Source of the DNA: Camelus dromedarius
Lineage: Eukaryota
Length of the DNA stretch: 64,000 nt
Assembly (NCBI RefSeq): GCF_036321535.1
Contig: NC_087437.1
Span: 33,978,001-34,042,000, forward strand
Direction: 5' to 3'
The number at the start of each line of letters is the position of its first letter. The stretch's first letter is position 1. This document shows positions 27,476 through 40,722 of the stretch, piece after piece. Both the position numbers and the translations under genes were made by a program. The notes under the pieces were generated by a model that had not been told where the DNA came from, ran no database searches, and saw only the letters and a program-made list of their open reading frames with translations.

Positions 27476-29400
27476 TTTTTAAAGTAGCTTTATTGAGATA
27501 CAACTTACATCCCATAAAATTTACCTGTTTTGAGTGTACAATTCAATGATTTTTTAGTAAATTTTCAAAGTTGTGCAAACATCACCACAGTCCAAATTTA
27601 GAAAATTTCCGTCTCCCTCAAAAGATTCTGCCTGCCCATTGACAGTCAATTCCCAGTCCCTCTCCCAGCCCCAGGCAACTACCCATCTGCTTCCTGTCCC
27701 TGTATGTTTTCCTTTTCTGGACATTTCATATAAATAATATCATATAAAATGTAATCTTTTGCATCTAACTTCTTTTGTTTAACTTTTTGTTTTGCTTTTG
27801 TTTTTGAGGTTCACACATTACTTACAATAAAAGGGATCATTTATTTAAAAAAAAATCCGTGCTGTAGCATGTATCAGTAGTTCATCTCTTCTTATTGCTG
27901 AATAATATATTGCTGAATAGTATTCCGTTGTATGGCTGTCCCGTTTTGTTTATGCACTCACCAGTTGATGGACATGTGATTTTTTCCCACTCCTTTGATG
28001 TAATGAATAATGCTGCTGTGAACACATATATGTCTTTGTGTGACATATGTTTTCATTTCTGTTGGGCAGATACTTAGGAATGGAATTGCACAATCGTATG
28101 GTAAATTTATGTTTAATGTTATTTTGTTTTTTTTTTTTTAAGAAACAGCCAGACATTTTCAAAGTGTTTATACCGTCTTACATTCCCATTGGCAGTTGGG
28201 GATTCCAGTTTTCCCACATCCTCACCAGTAATTATTTCATCTTTTTGACCCTACCCATCCCAGTGGACATGAAGTGGCATCTCGCTGTTGTTGTTTGCAC
28301 TCTAATCCTAGGCTTACTCAACACAATCCTTTTACTTTACACAACAAAGTACAAACACACCGGCATTATCTTAAATGCTACAAGGTTACAAATTCAAAGC
28401 AGAAAATGTATAGTACTGACTTAACAATAAAAGCCAAAAAAGCAATGTACACATTGCCAAGGTAACCTGCAACACCACCGTGATCATTGCTGCTTTAATT
28501 TGCATTTCCCTGATGACTCATGATGCTGCACATCTTTTCATGTGCCCCTTAGTCCATTTCTAAATTGGTTTGTCTTATTGGCTTATAAGAGATCTTTATA
28601 TATTCTGGATATAAATCCTTTATCAGAAATAATATTTGTACATATTTTCTCCCAGGCACTTGCTCATCTTTTTATTTTATTATTGGTAAGTTTTTAAGCA
28701 CAAAAGGTTTAATTTTGATGAAGTTTTTTTTTCTGTTTTTTTCTTTTATGGATCATGCTTTTGGTGTTGTGTTTAAGAACTCTGTCTACCAAAACCACAA
28801 AAGATCTTTATATTTTCTCCCAGAAGTTTTATAGTTTTAGCCCCTGTCTTAGTCTATGATCAATTTTGAGTTTATGTTTATATATGATGTGAAATAAATA
28901 TAAAAATTAATCTTTTTGCAGGCAGATGTTCAGTTATTCCAGCTCCATTTGTTGAAAAGACTATCTTTTTCCCTACTGAATTACCTTGGCACATTGTCAA
29001 AAACAGATGGATTATAAATGCAGGGTTTATTTCTGGATTCTCAGTTCTGTTCCATTTCTCACCATGTCCATCCTTATGGCAATACCACACTATCTTGATT
29101 AACGTACCTTTATAGTATTAAGTTTGGAAATTGGGAAGTGTAAGTTCTCCAACGTTGTTGTTTTTTCAGGTTACTTTGGCTTTTCTGGGTCCTTTGCTTT
29201 TTCATATAAATTTTTAGATCAGCTTGTCAATTTCTGCCAAGAGCCCATTGGAATTTTGATATCAATTGTATTGAATCTATAGATCAATTTGACATCTTCT
29301 GACCCGTAAATATAGAATGTCTCTTCCATTTACTTAGGTCTTTAATTTCTCTTACAATATTTTGTGTTTTTCACTGAGTAAGTCTTATACTTCTTCTGTT
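27476..29400 (-). mobile_element. Old L1M (L1MB-like) fragment, 3' UTR plus decayed ORF2, with two foreign inserts
   Basis: AGCTTTATTGAGATACAACTTACAT...TGTACAATTCAATGATTTTTTAGTAAATT 3' end. Minus-strand ORF 28878-29090 gives WYCHKDGHGEKWNRTENPEINP (L1 ORF2p WYW..RHIDQWNRIENPEI motif). Confidence 0.9.
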
Positions 29401-30375
29401 CATTAATTTTTAAAGTCGCTGTTTCATGGACTTTCTCCTGCTAAATTGAAATCCTGGTGCATGTTCTAATGGGCAGATAATATAGAAAATTAAAGGAATA
29501 GGAGTGGACTTAACATACATAAATGATGTTTTTATATGAAGGCCAAATGATGTGGTGCATTGTATAAATGACAGGTTTCACAGTGGATAAAATGAGGCGA
29601 GTGTTGAGAAACTGGAATTACTGCATGGCATACAAAGTATAGGCATCTCCAACCCAAATGAACCTTCATCTTACAGTTCGTAGCATACATATAAAAGCCA
29701 ATAAAGCAACATCGTCTGTCACAATAATTCAGTATTTGTTCTTTGAAATTGATTGTATATCATTTTGTTTATATTTGTGTATGAATTTGTATTTTATGTG
29801 TTATCAGCATAAAGAATTGATACCATCTAGTTTTACATTATTGGCCTAATTTTTTTTTCCCCTTTAACAGGTGTCTCCTACTCAACATTGGAAAACACTT
29901 GTTCTAGTTTATTAGTTTACAAAGCATTTTTAGTTCACCATCTTAGTGTTCTGAGAGCAACCCTGGAGCTTGGGTAAGATAAGGATTTTTATTATTCCCA
30001 CATTATAAATGATGAGACTAAGATTCACAGAAATTAAGTGATACATGTAACTTTACACATCTGTAAGTGGCAATTCTGGGATTTAAAGCTAAGATTTCAG
30101 GCTCCAAATCTTTTACTCTTTTTGCTACATATGTCATGGATTATTGATCACTTTCTTAAACCCTGCTAAGGATACAAAGAAATATAGAATCTGGGGAGAA
30201 ATTTGCAATCTAGGCAGGGAGATAAAACCCATGAAACATGCTAAAAAGCAAGTTAGTGTAACAGAGCCCACAGCCCAGACACTAAGCTCTGTTGGCATCT
30301 ACAGAATGCAGGCAAGTCCGTGGACCTGCGTTACTGATTAGGAAGCGTGATGTGATCGACCTGGAGGATACTTAC

Positions 30376-30781
30376 TGTCAGGCAGCCCAGATCCGTGTCA
30401 CTGCCCACCCCCCTTCGGAAGTGAAGCGCCCACTGCCCCCAGCTGCTGGGAGTGTTGGCAGCTGACAGTTCTCATCTGAGACCCTCTTTGAGGATGGCCC
30501 AAGGTCATACCACCTTCTTAGCGGCAGCCAACATCCAGTGTCTGGTTGCCGCTGGGACCCAATTCTCCTAGCATGGGTCAACTCTCAAGGGCCAGCCCAG
30601 CTCCGAGCTCCCTCACAGAATCAGCGAAGCCTTTGCTGTAGCCGCATCAGAATTCAGCCTCTCCTGCCCACGTTGCTGCCTTTGTTCCCTCACAGGTGCA
30701 CATCCCCAGAGCTTTCCTCAGTAAAGTTCCTGCTGGTGATCTTCACCTCAGAGTCGCTTCCTGGGGAATTGACCTGCATCA
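30376..30781 (+). mobile_element. LTR16-type ERVL solo LTR
   Basis: CCCCAGCTGCTGGGAGTGTTGGCAGCTGACAG...GGGTCAACTCTCAAGGGCCAGCCCAGCTCCGAGCTCCC...CTCAGAGTCGCTTCCTGGGGAATTGACCTG. Confidence 0.75.
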
Positions 30782-31174
30782 AATGACCTCTGAGGTTTCC
30801 AGGCAGCAGAAACAATGTGAACAAGGATATGGCATAATGTAGCAGAATGAAAGGGAGCTGATGGCGGAGGACTTTGAAGGACAGGCTGAAGTATCAGCCT
30901 TGATAGAGAACACTCCAGAAAGCTTGGCTGGCCCACCTGCTGTAGCTATTGCCCCGTGAGAACACTGGAGCCCACCCTGACATCCCCTTTGTAAAGAGAA
31001 TTTGTAACCCAGATATATCTGCCCTGACCTTTAACATTTACTGCCCCATCCGTCCGTGATCCTGTGACTCAGGCCCTGAAGCTGGAGAGGGAGGATCTGA
31101 ATTTAGGATCTCCCTTGCCAACTTTATTCCTGTATGACTTTAGAGCTTTTGTTCCTCATTTGTAAAATGGATAT

Positions 31175-31349
31175 ACTGTACAGCACAGGGAACTATATTC
31201 AGTATCTTGTGGTAACCTATAATGAAAAGAATCTGAAAAGGAATGTACATATGTATATATGTATGACTGAAACATTATGCTGTACACCAGAAATTGACAC
31301 AATAAATTGAAAATTGACTGTACTTCATAAAAAAAAAAAAGGAGAGAAG
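31175..31349 (+). mobile_element. Short lineage-specific L1 3' end inserted in a MIR
   Basis: CTGTACAGCACAGGGAACTATATTCAGTATCTTG...GCTGTACACCAGAAATTGACAC...poly-A. TSD AAATGGATAT at 31165-31174 and 31350-31359. MIR core (TTCCTCATTTGTAAAATGG / CTGTGAGGATTGAAAT) is split around it. Confidence 0.88.
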
Positions 31350-32169
31350 AAATGGATATGCTGTGAGGATTGAAATATTCCTAATTTCATGGGCATTTCA
31401 TTGGTGTCATGTAACAGGAGGCTTCCCCGGCCACAATAACTGGATGATACTAAGCTAAGCTCAATTAAATGGATTTCTTTACTGTAGGATTTCTCAGTCT
31501 TTAATATGCTGCTGTGCCTTGTGATCTCAAGGAGGGAGGTGTAATCCAAATCATCGTACCTTAACTCATCAGGAAGAACTTTCCCCTCCCAACACCTTCC
31601 AGGGAGCATCTAATAGGCTGTGTCCTGCTGAAGTCATATTGAGAAACCCTGACCCACAACATAGCAAACAGTTATAAAATGTTAAGCTGGATTCTGTTGA
31701 TCACCATGGTCTGCCCTGCCTTGACATGAAACTAAGGAATCTTTCAGAAATTTGTTAAGATGTCCCGGTGACTCTGGTACTCAAGATCATTGTGGTCTTG
31801 CTTATTTAAATTTGGTAAGGTATAATTCCCTTCAAAGATACCTCCAAATTATGACGTGCATCTTTTAAAGAATGATACTCTCTCAAGCCTTTAGATTTGG
31901 GGGGATTGTGGGTTTCCAGTGCATGCACTGTCCACTGGGCTGGCAGTGGCCACCACGTTGTGCTGAAACACACGATGGCTGCCTTGTGGGGACAGAGCAA
32001 TGTGTTGAGAAGGATGCTGAAGCTGTGTCTAGGCTGTGTGAGCAGGGGTGCTCTGCTGGATTAGTGATGTCCATTAACCCAGCATTTGCTACCTTTATTT
32101 TAGACCATAGTAAAATTTAATTTATACATTACTTTTTCAAGACAGTGAGAGAATAAATAAATTGTATAT

Positions 32170-33030
32170 AAACTATCTCAAGTGCAGCATGTTCAAAACT
32201 AACTCATCATCATCTTCTCCTCTAACTTCAGTCTATGCCGTACCTTTCATCTCAGATCGTGGCAGTGGCCTCCACCAACATACACATGATTCCCCCAGGT
32301 CTTCATTTCCTGTAACCAATCAGCCACCGAATCTTGCCAGTTTTACCTTCTATATGTGTCTCAAAGCTTTCCCCTCCTCATTGCAGCTACCGCCCCAACC
32401 CTGCAAATGCTCTTAACTCTCACCCCAGCCTCTACAGCTTCTCCCTGCTGGCGTCCCTGCTTCAGCCCTGTACCCTTCAAATCCTTCCCCCAATCTACCC
32501 GTCTACCTGTTCTACTTCTTCTCACATCTTTTAATGACTTCTTCAGGGTAAAGCCTAATGTCCTAAATTTGGCACTGAGGCCTCCCATGTCTGGGTCTCA
32601 CTTATCTGTGGTCTCATTTCATGCTGCTCTCTTACATTCTAGTTAAAACCAGCCTGCTGACCTGCCTGATCCACACTGTTTCTAGCTTCCGTGCCTTTGC
32701 TTTTGCTACACCCCTGCCTGAAATGTTTTCTCTTCCCTGTTCACTATGTCCTTTTTTTTTTTTGCCCAGTTAATTCCTACTCATCGTTGAAACTTAGCTC
32801 AGCCACCCCCAGCTCCAAAAAGCCTTTCATGACCACACTTCCTCTAGACTTGGTTAGGTGCCCTCATCTGTGATGTATTATGTATACATAGTGTGTAATG
32901 CACAGTAATTGTCTATGTGTGTGTGTGCACCCGGAGGGCAGGGCTGTGTCTTATTTCCTGTTTCTTGCACCTGTTAACATGGCTGCTTTGTCTTAAGCAT
33001 TCAATAGGTATTTGTGGACCAAGTGAAGGA
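32170..33030 (+). mobile_element. L2 LINE remnant (3' region)
   Basis: CTCAAGTGCAGCATGTTCAAAACTAACTCATCATC..., pyrimidine-rich body, end resembling CATTCAATAGGTATTTGTGG. Confidence 0.6.
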
Positions 33031-34686
33031 ATTAAATCTACGATGAAGTAAACTAAGCTGTCGGCTGCCATGGACATCAAGAATATAACCCATCCTCGGG
33101 GTAAAAAAAAAAATACCTTTTTGCAGGTTATGAAAATTTGCTCTGCAGGGCTGGTGAGATCTGAGAGGGAAAAGCAAGCAGCGGGTTTCACCAGTGGGAA
33201 CAGCAGAGTCTAATACTTTAAGTGTCACGTAAAGCAGTGTGGACACTGAATTGCATCTGGTTTCCAGGGAAACAAAGTCACTGTGAGAAGTGCTTAGCCG
33301 GGTTTAAAGTAATTTTCCGACTTTTGTGTGGCTGTTTCAGTGTTGGCCCATATCTGTATCTCTGTGGCTGACTTTTTGAAAATGCCTACAATTCGGCCCA
33401 TTTTCTTCATGGATTACTATTAAAAAGAAAACCTTCGTACTACTGATTAGATCAGATTTAAGTTAACCCATGTGACCCTATGGTGAATTACCAAGTGGAT
33501 TAAAACTTCCTTTCAACTAAAGCTTTTTTAATGACAACAGAGGAGGAATTGAGCGTAACCTGTCACCTCCTGGTGAAACTCCTCATTGTACTTTTGTTAC
33601 TGTATTTTCACTATGGGCAGGACGGCTGCCAGTCACAGCCTCCAGGCTTAGGTTCTGAATGGCCTCAGGAGTGCAGACTTCCAGATTCTCACTAGTGCCC
33701 TCACTGTTTTGATTTTCCTTTTTATACTCGCACACCCACAATATGCCACAGTCCAGGAAGCCGAATTTAAAATAAACTCACAACCCCCTCACACTCACCT
33801 GATGGTGAGACCTTCAGCAACTGTGGTCAGCTGAAGCCTAAACACACACCTGAAACTCAGACACCCACTCAGTGGTCAGCAGCAAAAGAGGGCTTACAGG
33901 GTCGGTGTGTGTCACACTCAAGGGGGACAGGAACGCGTCAAGGGGTAGGCTGCAGGGGGGTGGAAGCTTCGCTCGCGCTCCTACGGTGCTGAGTGAAAAC
34001 CGGCACTTCACACCAAGGCCGTACCTCCAGCGCCCTTATCTCACGGCCCCCAGGCAGAGCCTTGCATCGCATGCTACAGTCCTAGGGATAAAAAGCTGGT
34101 GAAAAGCTGTGAACAATAGCGGAGCGTACTTTAAAGTGGGGCCACTAACACTCTGAGATTCAAAACTAAAGTGGGAGAGCGTGTGCCCACGGTGCAGCCC
34201 GTCGGTCACTAATTACACCTCCTGAACTTGGTGTCGCCAGCGCCCGTCCCCGCCCATCACCTCCCGTGCATGCCCTCTTCCCCAGGCAGGGGCGGCCTGG
34301 GGCCGTGGGCAGGGCGCCATCTGCCAGTCTGCTGGGTCTTTGTGTGTCTGCAGGGCAGCCCGGGGTGGGGGATCACCGCCTCCGCCATCAGCCTCCTCAG
34401 AGCCAGGAGCTGTGCCCAGCGCTTGGCATTATAATGTCGTGTGGCCCTCACAACCACACAGCAAGGAGGCGCCAAGGCTCGGAGAAGCCAGGAGACCTGC
34501 CCAGGGACACAGGGTGAGCACCAGGTGTGGCTGGCCCAGAGGCCCCGCTCTGGTCTGTGCGAACCTCTAGACCCTTTTCCTTCCTGGCAGCTGAAGCCTT
34601 TTTTCACATTAGCAAAATTATAGGTTATAGGTTCTTAATTTAAAAATGAAAGAAGTTTAACTGTGTGGTCCTTGCCTGTCCTTATC

Positions 34687-35220
34687 TGTCCTTGTTATCT
34701 ATTGCTTTGTAGCAGCTTACTGCAAATGTAACAGCTTAAAGGAAAAGACGTTCGTTATCTCACAGTCCTCTGGTGGTCCGAAGCCCGGGAGCTGCCTGGC
34801 TGGGTGGCTCGGCCTCGGGATCTCTTGTGAGGCTCAGTCGGAACATCCACAGGGGCAGTAGTCACCCAGGGGCTTGACCGGGGCTGGGGAGTCCTCTGCC
34901 AAGTGGCGCACTCGCGTGGCTGGAGGCCGGAGACCTCGGTTCCTCGCCACGTGACCCTCTCCATCCGCTGCCTGAGCGTCTTCAGCTGACTTCCCCCAGG
35001 GCAAGTGAGTGCAGAGGCAAGAGAGAAAGCCAGTGTGTCTTTTTTGGCCTACTCTGAAGTGGTTGGTGTTTGTTTCTACTTTTTGTTTGTTTGTTCGTTT
35101 TCTATTGTAGAAGAAAGTCACTAATTCCTAGGGATTACAACAGGACTCACATCGGAGAGGGCACGAGGCAGAGTAAAACCTGGGGAGGAATCAGAGACTG
35201 CAGCCTGGAGGGCGAACTCA
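34687..35220 (-). mobile_element. MLT1F/G-type MaLR LTR
   Basis: GTTATCTATTGCTTTGTAGCAGC...TTATCTCACAGTCCTCTGGTGG...GCTGGGTGGCTCGGCCTCGGGATCTCTTGTGAGG...CCTCGGTTCCTCGCCACGTGACCCTCTCC. Confidence 0.72.
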
Positions 35221-36124
35221 GGGTGACTCAGGGGTCTGATGGCAAGAGGGTCCGAGCAGGGTCTGGGAAGAGCAGCCGGGGTCTGGCAGCAGGAGAGGAG
35301 CAGCAAGACTCCTCCCATCACAGGCCCTTTGGCAAGAGGGAGGAGGGAAGGAGAACAGCCACCACTTGAGAGAGCTGCAGGGGAGGCAGTGCCTCCGGGC
35401 ACTGTTACAGCAAGACAGTGAAGGGGGCTCCCTGGAAGGGCTGGGAGAGGGGCTTACAGAGCCTTATAGGAAGGACCCTGGGTGGGTGAGGGATGACCCA
35501 GGAGTTGAGGGAGCATCACTAGGAGTGAAAGACCTTGCCGTCGGGCTGATGGTCTCCCTCCAAGGCAGACGGTGAGGGGGACGCTGCTAGTGTTGAGCCA
35601 GGGGCGTGGGGAGAGTGCTTGCCCAGAGCACACAGACCCCTGGGGCCTGTGGGCTGACAGCAGGGGGGAGGAGTGGTCCTCAGTGGAGGATGTGGGTCAG
35701 GAGAGAAGTCTCCTGCAGGGTCACAGAATACCCCCAGGTGTCCTGTAGTGTCTGCATCTCTTAACCTGCTCTTTCTAAATTTGAGGCAACTAAGCTTAAA
35801 CCCATCACTGACCCCAGTTAGCTTCTGCGTCTGTAGTGTGGAGTTAATCCTACGCTGCAGCAAGACAGAATAGGGCCAATGTCAGTGCCAGCTCGGGGCC
35901 CAGCAGCCGGCATGTGGTGCGTGCTTGTAAAGGTCACTTTCTTCCTCTCCCCTTCAGCAGCCTCTTCAATTTCATTTCCTCTCCTACTGAGGGAGGTTGT
36001 GTCTTTCCATTGATATTTGCGTGCCAAAATTGAAAATGCTTTTTTCTGTGCATCTGAGAACCTGCTCCATTCTCAGACGAAACGACTGTATGTCTTGTCT
36101 CCTCTTCTCCCCCGCCTGCCACCC

Positions 36125-36298
36125 CAGACAGATGTCATGGGCGTGTGGCCTCTGACCTTAGCACAGGGCCCTGAGCTTCAAAGGGTGCAGCTCTTAGCTT
36201 CGTGCTCTGCTGTTGCCACCCTGAAATTCTTAATTTTTGAACAAAGAGTCCCCATTTTCAGTTTTCTCGGGACCCAGTGGAATATGTAACTGGCCCTG
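36125..36298. mobile_element. MER53-like hAT DNA transposon remnant
   Basis: TCATGGGCGTGTGGCCTCTG...ACAGGGCCCTGAGC...GCTCTGCTGTTGCCACCCTGAAATTCTTAATTTTTGAACAA...TATGTAACTGGCCCTG. Confidence 0.72.
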
Positions 36299-37894
36299 TG
36301 CTTATTCCAACCTCTACAGGAACAAAGCCCAGGTGAAAATGACCATGCAGGAGTCAGGTCATTGGATTTCTCATCCCGTCCCTGTGTCATCATTCCAGTA
36401 ATGAAGGGTAATTTGAAAATAATGAAAACACCTTAACCATGTCATTTGTAAATAAGAAAACATTGAGTGCATCTGAAACCTTATAAATTCCCAATGTTTA
36501 ATCATGTATTTTTTTCAACATTAAGAACTAGCATCAAAAAAATTTTAAAAGAACCAGCATCACTTTCAGAAAGATTCTTCATTTATTGTCACTACCCTGT
36601 GTTAATACATTGAAAAGCTGAAAGTTATTCTTCACTCCAAGTGAAGCGTGACTGAATTATTATCATGCCAAACAGAGTCCTTCCCTGGGAACATCTCTTA
36701 CCTGCTTGTAGGAACTCTCTTGTTTTTTACAGGCGATCCACACTTCCTGTAGTGTGTGCATCCTACATCCTAGAGCAGTAGCCGTGGGGTAAGGAAAGAG
36801 ACCACAGGGGCGGGCAGGGTGGGTTTGCGTGCCATCATTCCTTAGATGGCATACCTGCCTCGTTCTCTCACTGCCTAGGAAACGCAGAGTCACACGGATC
36901 CAGGCATCCACCCCGGATTACAGTGACTGCTGAAGGGAGAGCCTGCTCAGGTTTTCTCAGCTCAGCAGTACCAGACCTGTCCTCTCTGCAGCCTTTGACC
37001 CAGACTCACCAATAATTTATCACCAAGGCAAGGCAAGCAAGTACCCGGAGTCCTGAAACTTCAGTTGTTCCTTTACTGTCAATGACAGTGCTGTAACATG
37101 GAATAGTAAGGATTTTCTACAGAGAGAGCTTTTGGATTAGAGAGACTCAGATCACATCCGGCATTTGGAAAACCACAGTCTTAATTGTAGGTTATTGCTT
37201 GTTTTTAAGCTGTCATTTTTGTTTGTTTTCCTCTAAGAAAGCAAATGTGCTAAGTTTTCTTTCTTGGGCGTTTTTTTTTTTTTCTCTCCAGCCTAGACCT
37301 CCATGGTAGGCAGGCAAATTTTAAAATATCAGTGTTTCACAAACCCAGTTCACCTTCCTACTGGTTATTTTGCATTCAGTTCTTTTGATTACAAAACTAG
37401 TTGGGACACTTTATCACTCCTTAATTATAAGAATTCTGACTTTGTACACTTATCAATAGCCCCCCCTTTTTTTGTTTGGATGCATAAGTCTAATCTTGAA
37501 TTCAACTGGGGGCGCTAGTCTAGTGGATGCACTTTGATATGTGTTAAGCTTGCATGGAGAGCTGCAAATGATTATTTTTGCCCTCAGGTCCAGCTGGCAC
37601 AGTCAGTGCTGTCCCTGAGGCAGATCTGCCAGGTGAAGGGCCCTTCTGAGCCTGCCAAAGCCACAGTTCACAGTGAGGAGGGAAGTGCAGCCAGATGGCC
37701 TCACCCGGCTTAGCTCACAAGCTGGCCGTCAGCCCCTGAGCTGGCCAGGTGAGGCTTCCCCCACGGTCTTGGGATGAGGAAGTGGCTGCCTGACTGGCTT
37801 TGCCGTGGTTGATGAGTTGAACTAATAGCAGCTGGTTGCAGGCCCTGTCCTGCCCTGGGTCCCAAGACCTGCCATGAGAGAACGTCAAGGATTC

Positions 37895-38400
37895 CCTTCA
37901 TTCATTCACTCACATATTTGCTGAACACCTACTATGTGCCTGACCCTGGGCTAGATGCTGGAGGGACAATGGTAGACAAGATAGAGAAAGCTTAGCGCCT
38001 AGTGGAGTGAATCAACCTTCTACATCCCACAAAGGAACAGGTAGTTAGAAAGTGTGGTAAGTGCTGAGAAGGAAATCACAGTGTGCTAAGGGACTGTGAG
38101 ACAGGACCTGATTTAGCCTCGGGGCTAAGGAAAGGCCGGGTGGAAGGGGCATCCAGGTTGAGAAACAGCTCCTCAGAAGGCCCTCTGCCAAGAGCAATCT
38201 TGGCTTTTCTAGAAAACAAAGGCATCCCGTGTGCCCAGAGCTAAGTGAACAAGAATGTGAGAGGCACAGAGGAAGCCTAGAAGGTAGAGCAGGGCCTGAA
38301 GCAAGCAACATTCAGCCTCAATGTTGTGGGAAACCACTGAGTTTTAAGCCAAGATGTGACATAACCTGATTTATGGTTTTAGAAGTGTTTTTCATTCACA
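37895..38400 (-). mobile_element. L2 LINE remnant
   Basis: TTCATTCATTCACTCACATATTTGCTGAACACCTACTATGTGCCTG is the reverse complement of the L2 3' end. Similar remnants at about 2350-2590, 3540-3720 and 17870-17990. Confidence 0.7.
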
Positions 38401-40670
38401 AAGGGAAAAGGCTGCAAGCGCTTAATTTTGTCTTGACAGTTTGGGAACTAAATCAAGAAAGCATGCAGCTATCAAAACTGTCAGATCAGGGGTCACTGGG
38501 TGAGTGACCGAGGCTGCATTTCTTTTAAAGTGACATTCTATAAATGTATGCCCTCTCAAACTGGGTCAAAGGTCTGATCGCCTCAGGTGTAGTGACAGCT
38601 CTGCTGAAGAAATCACTTCTTTGGAGAACGAATTTGATTCTAAAAACCTCAAACCAAAACACAAGTAGCTTAAACCATCAGTGTAAGTTTCCACCGCCGT
38701 CTGCAAAGCAGATGTGAGTTTTGCAGTGGGCTACCCTCAAGTTACGCTGGGAGTCAGAGGCAACGAGCGGGGAGAGGAAGCATTGGTGTTTGGGCAAAAT
38801 GGATCGAGTTTATTTTCTCTTTTTCCCCTTTTGTCAATAATGAAAGCAAGTCAAGTCTACTGTCCCTTAGCGTCACCTCAGATAAGCGGAGAGGGGTGTC
38901 GGAGCAAGGTAGACAGATATTCCACGAGGCATTGGACCACGGAAGAACTGCTAATTTCAGTCTTGGTTTTCTTAGTAAATAATGCAAAACCCCAAGCACT
39001 TCCAGTAAGTGGACGTCTTGCTGGCCCACCTTATGTGTCTGAAAGAGGCTCTGTGCTATTCACAAAGGAAAACTAGTTTAAATTTGGGAGTTTCAGATAA
39101 GTTGGAATTAATGTGCAGATTAACTTTATTGCTAATGAATAACCCATGACTGATTTCAAGTTCACTGCTTGCCCACTGTTCAGAGCAGCACAATTTCCGA
39201 ACCACTACATTTATATTCTGAAAGAATTTCTTTCTAAAACATGAGAAACTGTCTTAATTCAATAGCTTTAAGATAAAGCAAGTTAATGAAATCATTCAAT
39301 GATGTTCTGGCATTTTTATTGCAATTCAAAACACTTCTTAGACCAGTGTTTTTTATCTCCTACCTTTTAGCAACTAAAATCATTGAGACACCTCTTTTGG
39401 GATGTGAGAATGAGAAAGATTGTAAAACCATTCTGGATTGCTGCTTAACTGGCCCTGGACAAGCTGGTTAGAGAATTTACCTGAGAAAGCTCTTCAGTAC
39501 TAAATTCTGTTATAACTAGTAGCATTTCAACACTACTCTTATACTGAGGGGAAAGAAAAAGATTTAAAGACCACAGAAGAATTTTAATAGTCCCTTAAAG
39601 ATTATGTTGAGTTTAATCGTAAATTATTGTGCCTCTGTCCTGTGTTCAGTGATGAAGCAAGAAAATAGCAGGGAGTTTTCAGAAGAGATATATACTCATA
39701 ACTTATTTTGTTTCCCTTCTTTTCATCATTATTTTTGCCTTATTCAAGGAAATAAATTTTTTGAAAGTAGTATCTCTAACTTTCATAATAAACTAAAATT
39801 TCATAATAAACTAATGATCTAGTGTGTTTAGTGTTTGAAATACTTTTTCCCACAATCAATGTAAAAAGAAAAGTTTAAGGTCATTGCTTTTCATTACATT
39901 TATATTAAGAAGACCTTAGATGAAATCAAATAGCTTTTTGTGGACTCAACCAGTGCTGGTATATAATGTGATATTAATTTTGTTTTGTTTTGTTTGTTGT
40001 TGTTGCTGATTTGGAAGCCTCATCATATGAAATAAACTTGATTTTAAAAGACAACAAACCATCTGACAGCCTGAAAGGGGGGTGGGGCACAAGGAGATGA
40101 CAGTTTGGGAATCAACCCATTTTATAGATTAGGAAATAGAGGCTTTTATATATGAAGTTGCCCAAGAGAATACACCTAGTCAGAGGCAGAGTTGAACCCA
40201 GAACTCAGGTCTCTGACTCCTGGTCCAAGACTCCATGCATTCTAGAACCTTCAAGGATGGCCTAAATTGTAACTTTGAATATATTAGCATTAGTGTGATC
40301 TTTCTACTTTTCTATTAATGTGACTGAAGACTTGTGTATTTAAATTTATAATTGGCATTAAAATATTGAAATATCGGTAAGACAGTGGAGCATACTTTTC
40401 GCGTTATTTTTGTTTCCTAATCCTGTTTATAGTTTGAACAGATTGCAAAACACAGTTGTCCACTAGAGGTCACCTTTCTTCAAGATGAGGGTCAGTTCCC
40501 TTCTCTATTATCTGAATCTGTTTTAAATCAACCACCACCTGGGAGAAATGAACAGCCTTTCTTGTGGTCGGGGAGGGATTCCATGTATTTATTGCTTTAG
40601 CTAAATGCACTTGTAGGGAAGGCTGTCGGCGAGGGTGAAGGGGAGGTGTGCTCCTGTCTTCCCTTCCCTT

Positions 40671-40722
40671 CATACACACACACACTCACATGCGTACACC
40701 ACACACACACACACACACACAC
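40671..40722. repeat. Interrupted (CA)n microsatellite
   Basis: catacacacacacactcacatgcgtacaccacacacacacacacacacacac. Confidence 0.92.

Noticed and set aside
39781..39814. Direct repeat TTTCATAATAAACTAA x2
   Set aside because: A small slippage duplication in AT-rich DNA with no evidence of function.
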